Part shown: positions 1 to 10,420 of the stretch, piece after piece
Position numbering within the stretch: the first letter of the stretch is position 1
How the letters are laid out: each line of letters opens with the position of its first letter
Assembly: GCA_903910705.1 (NCBI GenBank)
Contig: CAIWAN010000053.1
Span: 20,917-84,916 of the forward strand
Length of the DNA: 64,000 bases
Source: an uncultured Candidatus Marinamargulisbacteria bacterium
GTDB taxonomy: Bacteria; Margulisbacteria; Riflemargulisbacteria; GWF2-35-9
Direction: 5' to 3'
Made by a program: the position numbers and the translations under genes
Notes under the pieces: generated by a model
Seen by the model: the letters and a program-made list of their open reading frames with translations, nothing else
What the model was told of the DNA's origin: nothing
Database searches by the model: none

Positions 1-3000
1 CTGCGATGGTGGGGCTTACGACAAACATCAAACCGACGATCAATGCCCCCATAGAACTTTCGATCGAGTTGTCGGCCAATATTTTGGACACGACGAGCAT
101 CAGGGTGTTTTACTTTGATCCCTTATTGTCCCGTTGGGCAACAGAAGGTATTTCGATTAAGGGCGTTCTGAATAATCGTGTGACGTTCACCACAACCCAT
201 TTTACCTATTTTGGCATTGCACACGTTCAGTTGGTGTCTAATCGAGTTAACCACCCCCCGATCATCTCGATGAATAGCGTCATTTCAGTCAATGAAGCGA
301 GCACGATAACTCTGAATCCGACCTTATCAGATCCAGATGGTGACACGATTAACGTCATCTACAGCGGATGGATGACGAGCAATGTTCGACAGACGGGTTA
401 CAGCGACGCGGGCACCTTCAACGAGCTGATTACGGCGACGGATAGCTTGGGTGGAGTGACAACCAAAGCGATAACGATCGTGGTCAACAACGTCAACCGG
501 TTGCCGGTTGTCGTGGTCAATACCGCCAATATGGTCAGAGTCGGAAACACACTGACCCTTAATCCGTCGATTACGGACCTTGATGATATATCGGGCAACC
601 GAATCGTGGTTACCTATAGTGGATGGATGAATGCTAATGCTAAAACCGCATCAGATGGAGATGTCAGCAGCAGCCAAAAAGTATATTTAAACGTAAATGA
701 CGGCGACGGGGGAATCGTTAAGGTGACGTTGAATGTGTTGATATATGGCACGCAGAATATATTGGTGGATCAATCGACGTATCCCCAATCTGTTTTCGGG
801 AAACGAGACAGCAACTGGAACACCGAATTGGGGTTGCTTGCGGATACGTTCAAAAAGCGCTTCATAGATCCGTATAGCGGCAAGCTGGTTTATGACCCCG
901 TCAATCTAGCGACAAGTCAAGGGACGAGTTATGGCTTAATGATGTTTCTGTGGACGAATAAACAAACAGATTTTGATGCCCTTTGGAGTGCTGCAAAAAC
1001 GAAACAGCAACACAGTGCCGACAAGCTCTTCTCCTCGAAGGCAACGTCTGATGGAACGATTATCTCGACAACCGCGTTAATGGATGGTTGTGAAGATATC
1101 GCCTTGGCTTTGATCTTTGCGGAAACGATGAAACGGACTGGGATGTGGGGCAACACCGAAACTGATTATGGAGCCGAAGCTCGCAACATCGTTTCGGATA
1201 TCTACACGCTTGCGACTGACCAAACCAATGGACTGTACCCTGACAATCTAAAAACGGCGGACTTTAATCCCTCCTATTTTGCGCCGGCCGCCTACCGAAT
1301 ATTTGCACAATTTGATGGGAGTCCGACCCACAATTGGAACACGATCATCGAAAAAGGGTATACGTCTTTATTGGCTAATCCGGTTGCTGGGTATGGGTTA
1401 GCCCCTGATTGGAGTAATTTTAATGGAACGGTGCCGTCCTCGAAGGGGCGGACGAGTGGATATAGTGCTGGGTCAAAGAATGGGAGCGATGTGTGGGTTG
1501 ATGCGATACGGGTATCGTGGCGAATGGCACTCGATTCTCTGTGGAATAAAGACAATCGCGCGCAATCGTTTGTTTTAAGTGAGAACTGGATCAGCCCCAC
1601 AACGGCCTATTTGTATAAGATCGATAGAACGCCCTACCTGTATTCACTGAACGCGTATAATCAAGCCCTTCCTGTGTCGATGTGGGGTGCGGGTGCGGCT
1701 GGAACCTTTGTGACGGTAAGACGGGATGCGTTTATGGATCAACTGGCGTCGTTCTATCAATGTGATGCAACGGGTCCCTACTTTTCCTATTCAAAGCAGG
1801 ATGCTAATAATGCGTATTTGCAAAGTTTAGCTTGGTTTGGCATGGCGGTCATGAATGGGGCTATTGTTGATGTATATAGTGACTTAGGCACGACGCCGAA
1901 CATTATTTCAATAAACATACAATCCTTTAAAGCGGGGATCAGCAATAATTTTAACCTGATTATTCGTGATGATGATGGCTGGCAAAACATCCGGACGGTG
2001 ACGGTAGATATCGAACATTCCAGTGGAAAGCGTATTCAGTATGCCTATGGGAATGTGATTTCAAACAGGACACTAGGCGTCAACAACCTTGGTTTATTCG
2101 TTTCTCGGAATTGGGGCTATGAGAAAGTTGATGATCAGTCCATTCGCCTCACAGGGATGGCGCAATTTATCTGCAGTCAGAATTTATTTAATATCGGCCC
2201 CTTAACGTTAAATGTTTCAGTGGTGGATGTCCAGAACCATCCGTATTCTGTTTCGCTGACGGTAGACTATGTTTCAATGCAGCCAACGGGGACGTTCATC
2301 ATTAAAGATAATGCAATCCAATCCACGCGATCCATAACAAGCAATGGGGTTATAACCGATGACTATGTCGTGAGCCATAAAGTGACGCTGCATGTCATGA
2401 ATGCCTTTGCGCCGGCAGGGATAAAATATTACCAATGGGACATCAGTGATGGGACAACCCTAAAAACAGCCCCGACACAAAATATTATGGACTTTACCTT
2501 TACCTCAAGTATCAACCAAGAGGTCTATATTACGCTTAGCATGGTCGACGAGTTTGATGCCGTGCGAACCGTAGGGAAAGAAGCGTGGATCAGTCCCTTA
2601 AAAATAAATCGTATCAGCGTCAATGCGGACAGTCTGGTAACGAACAAGAAACGGATGATGGTGACGATAGATGTTCAAGGGATAGACAGCATGCAGCTAT
2701 CGGGCGATTTGCGCGAGATCAGTGTAAACGAGTGGATTGCGTATGAATCAAATCCGACATTAACATTAACCGAAGGTGGCGGGACGAAAGATATTTGGAT
2801 AACCTTTAGGGATCGAAAAGGCGTCATCCAACGGGTAGACAAACGCATGACCTATGTTCCTGTCGCGCCACTCATGCAAGCCCATCAACAAAGTTATCGA
2901 TATGTTCAATGGGGAGGGACGGCGTCTATCGATGTGACGATCATCAACACGGCTAATTTAGATTTTGGTCGTCCCACGGTATCGGTAAGACTTCGGTACG

Positions 3001-4523
3001 ACAATGGGACGGTAGAAGAAACGCCGGTCGCGATCAGCAACAATCATGTATTCTTTGAACGGCTCGCGACTGATAACGAGGGCTATCTTACGATCGATAT
3101 TCTTCATGCTACGAATGAAGATGATATTTCTGCGGGTTTCTATGATGTCGCTCGTTTCAAATTTGACTACACCGCGCCACAGGGAATGGTGTGGAATGTT
3201 GTGACGCATACCTTTGTCCTGACTTATTCTGTTGAGGTCAGTATCGATGAGGCCTGTGAGGTTGAACTAACGCTGAATTCAGCCCGATTACAGGGTTTGT
3301 CAGGCGAGACATCCTTTGTTGTGGAGCCCGCTATCTCCTCCGAATCAAGCAAGATCCAAGTTGTTCTTGATCAAGGGGCTAATTCCCTTGAATTATTCTA
3401 TAAAGATCTAGCGGGGAATCTTGGTCAAATTATTAGTAGCGATGTGTTCGTTGGAGATAAAACCATGGTCTTTGCGGTGTCGACCAATACGGACAGCACC
3501 CAAAACGCGACAGTGGAAGTCTCTTTCCCCGTGGGCGCATTGAGTCGGAATATCGAGGCGATGGTTAATGTTGTCGATAACAGTGGCGGTGTTTCGACGA
3601 ATGCAGACGTGTTCGAGATCCGTGCGATGGATTCCTTTAAACAAGAACTGATCCAGCATGTTGCCTTTGACTTGCCCGTTGTTATAAAGCTGCCCTTTTA
3701 TGGAACGACGGTTGACCATCAAATATTTTTGAAATATCTGGATACGACGGTTTCGCCAAACCGGTGGCGAACCGATGGACTTCGAATTATTAGTATCGAC
3801 GTACAGAACCAATATCTGGTGGCTGAAGTGATGCATTTCACTCCGTTTGGTGTTGTGGTCTATAGTGACAGTCATCCGCCTATTATTGGTGACATTAAAC
3901 TAAACGATATCCTCTTAAGCAGTGGCGGCTATATTAACAATTTACCTGACTTCCGTATAAGGGTTATGGAAACCAATCCCAGCGATAGCGGGATTACGAG
4001 CTACAATTTTACGCTTCGAAAAGTGGACTCCAGTGATGTTCGAATCGTGACGGGTGATCTTTCAGGGTATGCCGCCGTTGTCGATACGTGGCTCACGTTC
4101 AATATTACGGGCACGCCATTAAGTGAAGGCAATTACACGTTGACGATTCTCGTCGCGGACGATGCAGGGAATGCCACCGCGTTTAATCGAACGCTACAAG
4201 TCAAAGGTAATGTCGATATTGTTAAATTTTTAATGGCGCCTAACCCCGTTAACATCAATCAGGAGCCGGTGCATATTGTCTATACGCTTACAACGGGGGC
4301 CGATGTGAAGGTCATGATCTATGATATGGCGGGGAAATTGATAAAGAAATGGGAGCTGTCGACGGACGCTATTGGAGCGGCCGCTGGGAAAAATGACCTA
4401 AGCTGGAATGGCATCGGCGACGATGGGAGCAAGGTAAGAGCGGGCGTGTATCCAACGTATTTGATCGCCGAAAGTGGCGGAAAACGTCAGATGCGAAAAT
4501 TTAATTTAATGGTCTATAAATAG
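1..4523 (+). CDS. Large secreted glycoside hydrolase family 8 protein (endoglucanase/chitosanase-like). It has N-terminal cadherin/Ig-like repeats and a C-terminal T9SS-type sorting domain. The ORF is open to the window edge, so it is probably 5'-partial.
   Basis: The ORF 6..4523 has no upstream stop. Two ~95-aa repeats of the form 'PPIIS...DPDGD...YSGWM' look cadherin-like. The GH8 signature is present as 'TSQGTSYGLMMF' and 'DGCEDIALALIFAE'. The C-terminal ~80 aa ('APNPVNINQEPVHIVYTL...VKVMIYDMAGKLI') resembles a Por secretion tail. Confidence 0.6.
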   Translation, partial: AMVGLTTNIKPTINAPIELSIELSANILDTTSIRVFYFDPLLSRWATEGISIKGVLNNRVTFTTTHFTYFGIAHVQLVSNRVNHPPIISMNSVISVNEASTITLNPTLSDPDGDTINVIYSGWMTSNVRQTGYSDAGTFNELITATDSLGGVTTKAITIVVNNVNRLPVVVVNTANMVRVGNTLTLNPSITDLDDISGNRIVVTYSGWMNANAKTASDGDVSSSQKVYLNVNDGDGGIVKVTLNVLIYGTQNILVDQSTYPQSVFGKRDSNWNTELGLLADTFKKRFIDPYSGKLVYDPVNLATSQGTSYGLMMFLWTNKQTDFDALWSAAKTKQQHSADKLFSSKATSDGTIISTTALMDGCEDIALALIFAETMKRTGMWGNTETDYGAEARNIVSDIYTLATDQTNGLYPDNLKTADFNPSYFAPAAYRIFAQFDGSPTHNWNTIIEKGYTSLLANPVAGYGLAPDWSNFNGTVPSSKGRTSGYSAGSKNGSDVWVDAIRVSWRMALDSLWNKDNRAQSFVLSENWISPTTAYLYKIDRTPYLYSLNAYNQALPVSMWGAGAAGTFVTVRRDAFMDQLASFYQCDATGPYFSYSKQDANNAYLQSLAWFGMAVMNGAIVDVYSDLGTTPNIISINIQSFKAGISNNFNLIIRDDDGWQNIRTVTVDIEHSSGKRIQYAYGNVISNRTLGVNNLGLFVSRNWGYEKVDDQSIRLTGMAQFICSQNLFNIGPLTLNVSVVDVQNHPYSVSLTVDYVSMQPTGTFIIKDNAIQSTRSITSNGVITDDYVVSHKVTLHVMNAFAPAGIKYYQWDISDGTTLKTAPTQNIMDFTFTSSINQEVYITLSMVDEFDAVRTVGKEAWISPLKINRISVNADSLVTNKKRMMVTIDVQGIDSMQLSGDLREISVNEWIAYESNPTLTLTEGGGTKDIWITFRDRKGVIQRVDKRMTYVPVAPLMQAHQQSYRYVQWGGTASIDVTIINTANLDFGRPTVSVRLRYDNGTVEETPVAISNNHVFFERLATDNEGYLTIDILHATNEDDISAGFYDVARFKFDYTAPQGMVWNVVTHTFVLTYSVEVSIDEACEVELTLNSARLQGLSGETSFVVEPAISSESSKIQVVLDQGANSLELFYKDLAGNLGQIISSDVFVGDKTMVFAVSTNTDSTQNATVEVSFPVGALSRNIEAMVNVVDNSGGVSTNADVFEIRAMDSFKQELIQHVAFDLPVVIKLPFYGTTVDHQIFLKYLDTTVSPNRWRTDGLRIISIDVQNQYLVAEVMHFTPFGVVVYSDSHPPIIGDIKLNDILLSSGGYINNLPDFRIRVMETNPSDSGITSYNFTLRKVDSSDVRIVTGDLSGYAAVVDTWLTFNITGTPLSEGNYTLTILVADDAGNATAFNRTLQVKGNVDIVKFLMAPNPVNINQEPVHIVYTLTTGADVKVMIYDMAGKLIKKWELSTDAIGAAAGKNDLSWNGIGDDGSKVRAGVYPTYLIAESGGKRQMRKFNLMVYK

Positions 4524-4533
4524 GCGAGGAATC

Positions 4534-5448
4534 GTGATGAAAAGAAGAAAAAGTGTGAATATACAAGGATATAAAGCGATCATTATCGCAGTATTGTCTG
4601 CTGTTCTCTTTAACTATTCGTATAGCGCCGATGCCTTTATTGACAATGGGGTCGGGGTTCGATCAACGGGGATGAGTGGGGCTTTTTATCAGAAAATGAG
4701 CCCCGAGAGTATCGTCTATAATCCAGGGATTTTAAGCGGCGTTGTTACAGCACAAGCTGAATTTGCGTTTAATAAGAAGTGGGGTGAATTTGATGAAGTA
4801 TATTTGTCCTTCATTATGCCTGGACGTTTTGCCAATGTTGGATTAAGTTATTTCCACTCTCAGCTCTTGAATGGAGTTGTTGGGACGTATTATGTGCCAG
4901 CAGATCAAGACGGATATGAAAATGGGAAGAGCTATACCTACTATAATTCACTGATAACCCTTTGCTTGTCGAAACAACTGACCGAAACTATGGGCGGGTC
5001 TATCAACCTGAATCGTTATGAGATGAACCTTGCCGTTGCACAATCAGTCGCCTATGCGGTTGATGCAGGGATCAATTATACCCTTTCAAAAGAGATGAAC
5101 CTTTGCTTGAAAGTGAGCAATATTCTTAATACAGGCTACGTATGGAGTACCGAGACGGAGAAGAATAACATGGAGTTCTCAGGCGGCATGGGGTTTGTGA
5201 TCAATGAAAAATCGGGTGGGAATATCGGGTTTAAACAATTCAATAATCGGGTGATCCTCGTCATGGGGATGGAGATGGATGTCTTTAAAAATATGACGCT
5301 TCGATGTGGCTATTCGCCCGATATTTATTCCGCAGGTCTAGGGGTTAATTTTATGGGAGCTGATCTGGCCTATTCTTACAATTACTTCCCCAATAGTGCG
5401 GGTATTTTGGACACTGTCAGTCGCTTTGGGTTTAACGTCGAGCTATAA
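4534..5448 (+). CDS. Putative outer-membrane beta-barrel protein with a signal peptide (PorP/SprF/PorV-like), encoded immediately downstream of the T9SS-type cargo gene.
   Basis: The N-terminus 'MMKRRKS...AVLSAVLFNYSYSADA' looks like a signal peptide. Alternating hydrophobic beta-strand pattern. The gene follows the large C-terminal-domain protein after a 10-nt gap. Confidence 0.35.
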   Translation: MMKRRKSVNIQGYKAIIIAVLSAVLFNYSYSADAFIDNGVGVRSTGMSGAFYQKMSPESIVYNPGILSGVVTAQAEFAFNKKWGEFDEVYLSFIMPGRFANVGLSYFHSQLLNGVVGTYYVPADQDGYENGKSYTYYNSLITLCLSKQLTETMGGSINLNRYEMNLAVAQSVAYAVDAGINYTLSKEMNLCLKVSNILNTGYVWSTETEKNNMEFSGGMGFVINEKSGGNIGFKQFNNRVILVMGMEMDVFKNMTLRCGYSPDIYSAGLGVNFMGADLAYSYNYFPNSAGILDTVSRFGFNVEL

Positions 5449-5468
5449 AGTCAATAAGTGTTAGGGTT

Positions 5469-6368
5469 CTAACTATTCGGTGTTGATAGCGCGTTCAGCT
5501 CTTTGATCAGTGACTCTTTTTCCGAAATGATGGTTGAGAGGAGCTGTCGGTAACGATCTTTATCCGCCTGAATTTGGGGTTCATAATGGTCTCTTAGTTG
5601 TTGGCGTTCTCCCTCGTACTGATGAATGAGCTTGTCGCGCTTTTCTTTGATATCATGAAGCATCTTTTGAAAGTGGGCTTGTTCGCTTTGAATGATGGGC
5701 TCGTATTGAGTGCGAAATTTCTGACGTTCATTCTCATAATAGGCTTGAATATCCTTTATCTTGGTTTGCATGGTTTGAGATTGTTGGTTGTACTCGGCTT
5801 CAAGTGCCTGTAGCTTTTGCTTTGATTCGGTTTCTTTGGCCATAAAATCTTGGTGAAACTGTTTATTTATGGATGCCAATTCCTCAGAGTGCCGCCGAAT
5901 GAGGTCGGATTTTTCTGAGAGAAATTCACGTTCATAGGATTCAAGTTGACGGGATTGCTCGCTGCGTTGATCAATGATCTGTTGACGAAGCTCGATCCTT
6001 GTTTTGTTCGATTGTTGGTGAATGGCTTCGAGTTGTTGGTCTAATTGTTTTTTAAGTTGTTGACTATGTTCTTTGTAAAGCGATTTTTGTTTTTCAAGCG
6101 ACAAGGTTAACTTGCGAACATGATTTGTATAGTCGGCCAAAGCCTTTTCTTTTTGTTGGGTCAAATAGTCTGTTACCGCTTCAGGTGGGGTAATAGTTTC
6201 GGGCGTATATTGAACGCGAGGGGGCGGGGAGATTGGTGGCTCGCTGACGAGAAATGAAAATTCATCTGGATGCAATGACTCAGCGTTGCGTTTGATATGT
6301 ATGTCTGGATTCGTCACCTCAACTTTTTCGGTGAAATTCGTCTTGATAAACGTTTCGTAGTCCATCAT
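5469..6368 (-). CDS. Coiled-coil protein rich in Gln/Glu/Lys; function unknown.
   Basis: 299-aa ORF with long heptad-like Q/E/K-rich segments ('QQLKKQLDQQLEAIHQQ...'). Confidence 0.4.
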   Translation of the reverse strand: MMDYETFIKTNFTEKVEVTNPDIHIKRNAESLHPDEFSFLVSEPPISPPPRVQYTPETITPPEAVTDYLTQQKEKALADYTNHVRKLTLSLEKQKSLYKEHSQQLKKQLDQQLEAIHQQSNKTRIELRQQIIDQRSEQSRQLESYEREFLSEKSDLIRRHSEELASINKQFHQDFMAKETESKQKLQALEAEYNQQSQTMQTKIKDIQAYYENERQKFRTQYEPIIQSEQAHFQKMLHDIKEKRDKLIHQYEGERQQLRDHYEPQIQADKDRYRQLLSTIISEKESLIKELNALSTPNS

Positions 6369-6396
6369 CCGCGTTTCTCTCCTATGCTAAGTTTAA

Positions 6397-6472
<76 letters not shown>

Positions 6473-6487
6473 CAAACGATCTCTTCT

Positions 6488-6563
6488 TGGAGCCGACAGT
6501 CGGATTTGAACCAACGACCGGCTGATTACAAATCAGCTGCTCTACCAGCTGAGCTATGTCGGC
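6488..6563 (-). tRNA. tRNA-Thr (anticodon UGU)
   Basis: The reverse complement reads gccgacatagctcagctggtagagcagctgatttgtaatcagccggtcgttggttcaaatccgactgtcggctcca. The anticodon stem is gctga/tcagc, the loop is ttTGTaa, and CCA is encoded. Confidence 0.85.
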
Positions 6564-6771
6564 TTCAGCGGTAAAAGTGATTATAAACGGCGGGACTTAA
6601 GGTTGGCAAGAACTGACATCGGATTGAACAGAAAAGCCAAATACATGAAAAAGTTAAATTTTGTCGATACTAAGAGTGTACGAGGCAAACTCAGACTACA
6701 ACAGAAGGGGAGTGAGAAAGAAGGGATTCGCGAATAGGGTATTAGATTATTACATAAAAGGGGGAATTTAT

Positions 6772-7449
6772 ATGGCACTAGATTATGGTTTTGCAGGTGA
6801 AGTCAGTCGCAACAATGCAATGAATGCGGTTGCGGATACGATGAATCAGAACAATATGGAAATCTTAGCTGTTTCACTTGAGATGGGTGGAAAGAAGTCG
6901 ATTTCGCTTGATGGAAAGTTCTACGCGATGGATCAAGCGAATGCCAGTGAACTGAATGCGATGAAACTAAATTTTAACGCAGACGGATCGATCAAGGTGG
7001 GCAGTGAAGGGGTTAAGAACGATATCATGACCCTGCTTGGGCTCGATGCTAACAATATAGCAGGTGGGGCTGCAGGACTAGAAGTGAAGTTGACAGAAGA
7101 TGCTACAACAACACCAGCGACCATAACCATGTCATTAGACTATGTAGACAGTCATACCAATAATTCGATGAGTATGGGGATTAAAATGGATCCTGATGGT
7201 AAAGTATTAGAGTTCGCACCCCTAAAAGAAGGGGCAAACGTTTCAACCGACTTCAAAAAAGTTGATGACCAAGGCGGTTTGCTAAAATCATGGGGTATTA
7301 CAGATGCAACTGATCTTCAACCGGGTGACCTTTTCTTGATCCAACAGAAGTTGCAAATTGTTAAAGATCTGATCAGTGCCGTTCATGCTACGGGTAAAAC
7401 ACAGGGTGATGTTATGCGTGAAGTCACTCAGAAATTCGCTCAGGGCTAG
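6772..7449 (+). CDS. Hypothetical protein; start adjusted to the ATG at 6772, which has an RBS.
   Basis: 'aaagggggaa' lies just upstream of the ATG at 6772. The upstream part of ORF 6661..7449 overlaps a promoter-like region. No recognisable domain. Confidence 0.4.
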   Translation: MALDYGFAGEVSRNNAMNAVADTMNQNNMEILAVSLEMGGKKSISLDGKFYAMDQANASELNAMKLNFNADGSIKVGSEGVKNDIMTLLGLDANNIAGGAAGLEVKLTEDATTTPATITMSLDYVDSHTNNSMSMGIKMDPDGKVLEFAPLKEGANVSTDFKKVDDQGGLLKSWGITDATDLQPGDLFLIQQKLQIVKDLISAVHATGKTQGDVMREVTQKFAQG

Positions 7450-7540
7450 TTCTAGGAGCATTATTGCGAGTGTGTTCAAGAGGCAGGGGAAACCCTGCCT
7501 CTTTTGTTGTTGAGCGCATCATGCGATAATAGATGCTGTA

Positions 7541-9766
7541 ATGCAGACTGATTCCCATCTACTCGATCATCTTAATCCTAAGCAACGCGAAGCGGTCGAA
7601 TATGTCGAAGGCCCGCTGTTGATCCTTGCGGGGGCTGGGTCTGGCAAGACACGTGTACTGACCCACAAGATCGCTTGGTTGGTGAGTCAATATCAGGTTC
7701 CCCTTCATAAGATCTTGGCCGTGACGTTTACCAATAAGGCCGCCAAGGAAATGGTCGAACGGGTAGAGAAGCTCGTCGGTGTCTCGGTTCCTCCTCGGGA
7801 TCAATGGGTCCTGACGTTCCATAGTTTTTGCAATAAGATCCTTCAGCGGCATGCTGAATTGCTGGGTTATCAGAAGGCGTTTGTTATCTATGATTCGGGC
7901 GATCAACTGTCGGTTGTTAAACGGATCCTTAATGATATGGATATCGACCCTAAGGTAGCCAAGCCTTCGTCTGTTCAATATGCGATCAGTGACGCGAAGA
8001 ATAAATTGCTCACACCCGATAAAATGAGTGTAGACAGCGCCTTTCAAGAGATCGTTCGTAATGTCTATTCCGAATATCAAGATCAACTTCGACGCAATAA
8101 CGCCATGGATTTTGATGATCTAATGATCAATGCGTTGGCGCTCTTAAACTATCATCCCGAAATTTTAGAAAAATATCAGAATCAATTCGACTATATTCTT
8201 ATTGATGAGTATCAAGACATTAATCTTCCCCAATACATGATTGCTGAAAAACTCAGCGAAAAGCACAAACGGCTTTTTGTGGTCGGGGATGGCGATCAAA
8301 ATATCTATTCATGGCGTGGGGCGAATATGCAAAATATTCTCAATTTTGAGAAAGATTTCCCTCGGGCAAAAGTGATCCTTCTCGAACAAAACTATCGCTC
8401 AACCACAACCATCCTTGAGATCGCTAATTCTGTGATCCGTCATAATAAAATGAGGACCGACAAGAATCTATGGACAGCGAATGGCGAGGGTGAGAAGGTC
8501 ACGATGTTTGTGGCCTCGAACGAATATAATGAAGCGGAATACATTGGGAAAAGTATTCTCGCTAAAATGGAGTCCGGTACGGATGCGAACGAGATCGCGG
8601 TACTGTACCGTACCAATGCGATGAGTCGTGTTCTTGAAGAGATGATGTTGCAATACAATATTCCTTATCGTGTTTATGGGGGCTTTCGTTTTTATGAGCG
8701 CAAAGAGATCAAAGATATTTTGGCCTATCTGCGCCTCGTTTTTAGCGATCAGGATGATGTCGCCCTTCAGCGTGTCATCAATGTTCCTACTCGAAAGATC
8801 GGCAAGCTAACGGTTGAGCGGATCATCTTAACCTCGCAACAAACCAAAGATCCACTCATGATCATTGCTCGCGGCGAAGCACCCAAGAATCCTTCGATCC
8901 AAGGGTTTATCCAATTGATCGATGGGCTTCGTGTTGACTACGCGACAAATAATTGGTCGTTGGGTGAGTTGATTGATCAGATCGTCAGTCGTTCGGGATA
9001 TAAGAAATGGCTAAAACAAGAAGACTCTCAAGAGGCTATTACACGACTTGAGAATATCCAAGAGTTGATCACCTCTACACAAGATGGGGACTATAATCTC
9101 GAAGAATTCCTTAGTATGACGGCTTTGATGACGCAGCAGGATGAACCTTCGGCGCAAGAACATACGGTGACACTGATGACCTTGCATTCGGCCAAAGGGC
9201 TTGAGTATGATGTGGTTTTCTTGGCAGGCATGGAAGAGAACATGTTGCCTCATCAGCAATCGGTGGATTCTCCCGATCAAGTCGAAGAAGAGCGACGCCT
9301 CTGCTATGTAGGGATCACGCGGGCTCGACATGAGTTGACGCTCTCCGCCGCCAGTCATCGCAATACGTATTATGAGGGCTCACGGGCGCAAGATATGTCG
9401 CGCTTCTTTTTCGAGATCCCCGCGGAACGGATCAAAGTTGAGGTCAGTCATAAAGCGGGTGGGTTTAATCATATGGTCACGGTGCTTCGGGACGAAGGGG
9501 TTTATGGGATCGGTCAAGCAACGGCTCCTGCGGTGACAGGTTGGCGGGCTCAATCATCGCCTCGCACCATTATGACGGAGGCTTCGAATGTTTTTGACGC
9601 TGATTTTAGTGTGGGCGATCTCGTTCGTTCCCCCGTTTTTGGGGATGGCGTGGTGGTTCAAACCATTGGCCACGGGGTGGGGATATCGTTACAGATCAAA
9701 TTCGGCTCAACGACAAAACTGATCCTTCCAAAGTATGGCAAACTCGAAAAGCTAAAAGCCTCCTAG
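7541..9766 (+). CDS. pcrA: ATP-dependent DNA helicase of the UvrD/PcrA/Rep family (superfamily 1).
   Basis: Walker A 'AGAGSGKTRVLTHKIAWL', the 'DEYQD' motif and a UvrD C-terminal domain. 741 aa. Confidence 0.9.
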   Translation: MQTDSHLLDHLNPKQREAVEYVEGPLLILAGAGSGKTRVLTHKIAWLVSQYQVPLHKILAVTFTNKAAKEMVERVEKLVGVSVPPRDQWVLTFHSFCNKILQRHAELLGYQKAFVIYDSGDQLSVVKRILNDMDIDPKVAKPSSVQYAISDAKNKLLTPDKMSVDSAFQEIVRNVYSEYQDQLRRNNAMDFDDLMINALALLNYHPEILEKYQNQFDYILIDEYQDINLPQYMIAEKLSEKHKRLFVVGDGDQNIYSWRGANMQNILNFEKDFPRAKVILLEQNYRSTTTILEIANSVIRHNKMRTDKNLWTANGEGEKVTMFVASNEYNEAEYIGKSILAKMESGTDANEIAVLYRTNAMSRVLEEMMLQYNIPYRVYGGFRFYERKEIKDILAYLRLVFSDQDDVALQRVINVPTRKIGKLTVERIILTSQQTKDPLMIIARGEAPKNPSIQGFIQLIDGLRVDYATNNWSLGELIDQIVSRSGYKKWLKQEDSQEAITRLENIQELITSTQDGDYNLEEFLSMTALMTQQDEPSAQEHTVTLMTLHSAKGLEYDVVFLAGMEENMLPHQQSVDSPDQVEEERRLCYVGITRARHELTLSAASHRNTYYEGSRAQDMSRFFFEIPAERIKVEVSHKAGGFNHMVTVLRDEGVYGIGQATAPAVTGWRAQSSPRTIMTEASNVFDADFSVGDLVRSPVFGDGVVVQTIGHGVGISLQIKFGSTTKLILPKYGKLEKLKAS

Positions 9767-9775
9767 GAGTCAACG

Positions 9776-10420
9776 ATGCAAGTCTCTGAAATTTTCTCCT
9801 CGATACAGGGGGAAGGTCAGTATGTGGGATATCGGCAGATATTCTTGCGATTAGCGGGTTGCAATTTATCCTGTGATTATTGTGATGAGCAGAGCGAAGG
9901 TCGCATGATGTCGGGCGCTGAGGTTCTTGCTCAGATTAATGCTCTAAGTACCCATTATCATCATTCACTGTCGATCACGGGTGGCGAACCGCTGCTTCAA
10001 GTCAACGAGTTGCTTACGCTAGTTCCCGAACTATCCTTGCCTATCTATTTGGAAACCAATGCGACATTGCCCGCTCATCTTCGAGAGATTATGGACAAAA
10101 TTGATATATTCTCCTTGGACTATAAGTCTGGGTATGAGGCCGAATTCCAAGCCTGTCTTGAGTTGGTGAGGGATCAAGATACACAAGTGAAGTTTATTCT
10201 GATGCAGAATCAACCCCTTACCGTGATCAAACAAGCGGCCGAAACGGTTAGGTTGGTGAATAAAGACATCCCATTTATTATTCAACCGGTGACACCCTAT
10301 CGCACCGTTAAACATATGCCAAACACCGATGAAATACTGGCTGCCTATACCGTTGTGAAAAATAAACTCAACGATGTGCGGGTGATCCCTCAGACGCACA
10401 AAATGATGCATATAAAGTGA
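9776..10420 (+). CDS. queE: 7-carboxy-7-deazaguanine synthase QueE (radical SAM).
   Basis: N-terminus 'IFSSIQGEGQYVGYRQIFLRLAGCNLSCDYCDE', with the Cx3CxxC variant typical of QueE. About 214 aa. Confidence 0.8.
   Translation: MQVSEIFSSIQGEGQYVGYRQIFLRLAGCNLSCDYCDEQSEGRMMSGAEVLAQINALSTHYHHSLSITGGEPLLQVNELLTLVPELSLPIYLETNATLPAHLREIMDKIDIFSLDYKSGYEAEFQACLELVRDQDTQVKFILMQNQPLTVIKQAAETVRLVNKDIPFIIQPVTPYRTVKHMPNTDEILAAYTVVKNKLNDVRVIPQTHKMMHIK

Noticed and set aside
5449-5468. Short palindrome 'gttagggttctaac' between the convergent OMP and coiled-coil genes, as a bidirectional terminator.
   Set aside because: It has only a 5-bp stem and no U-tract. It is too weak to call.
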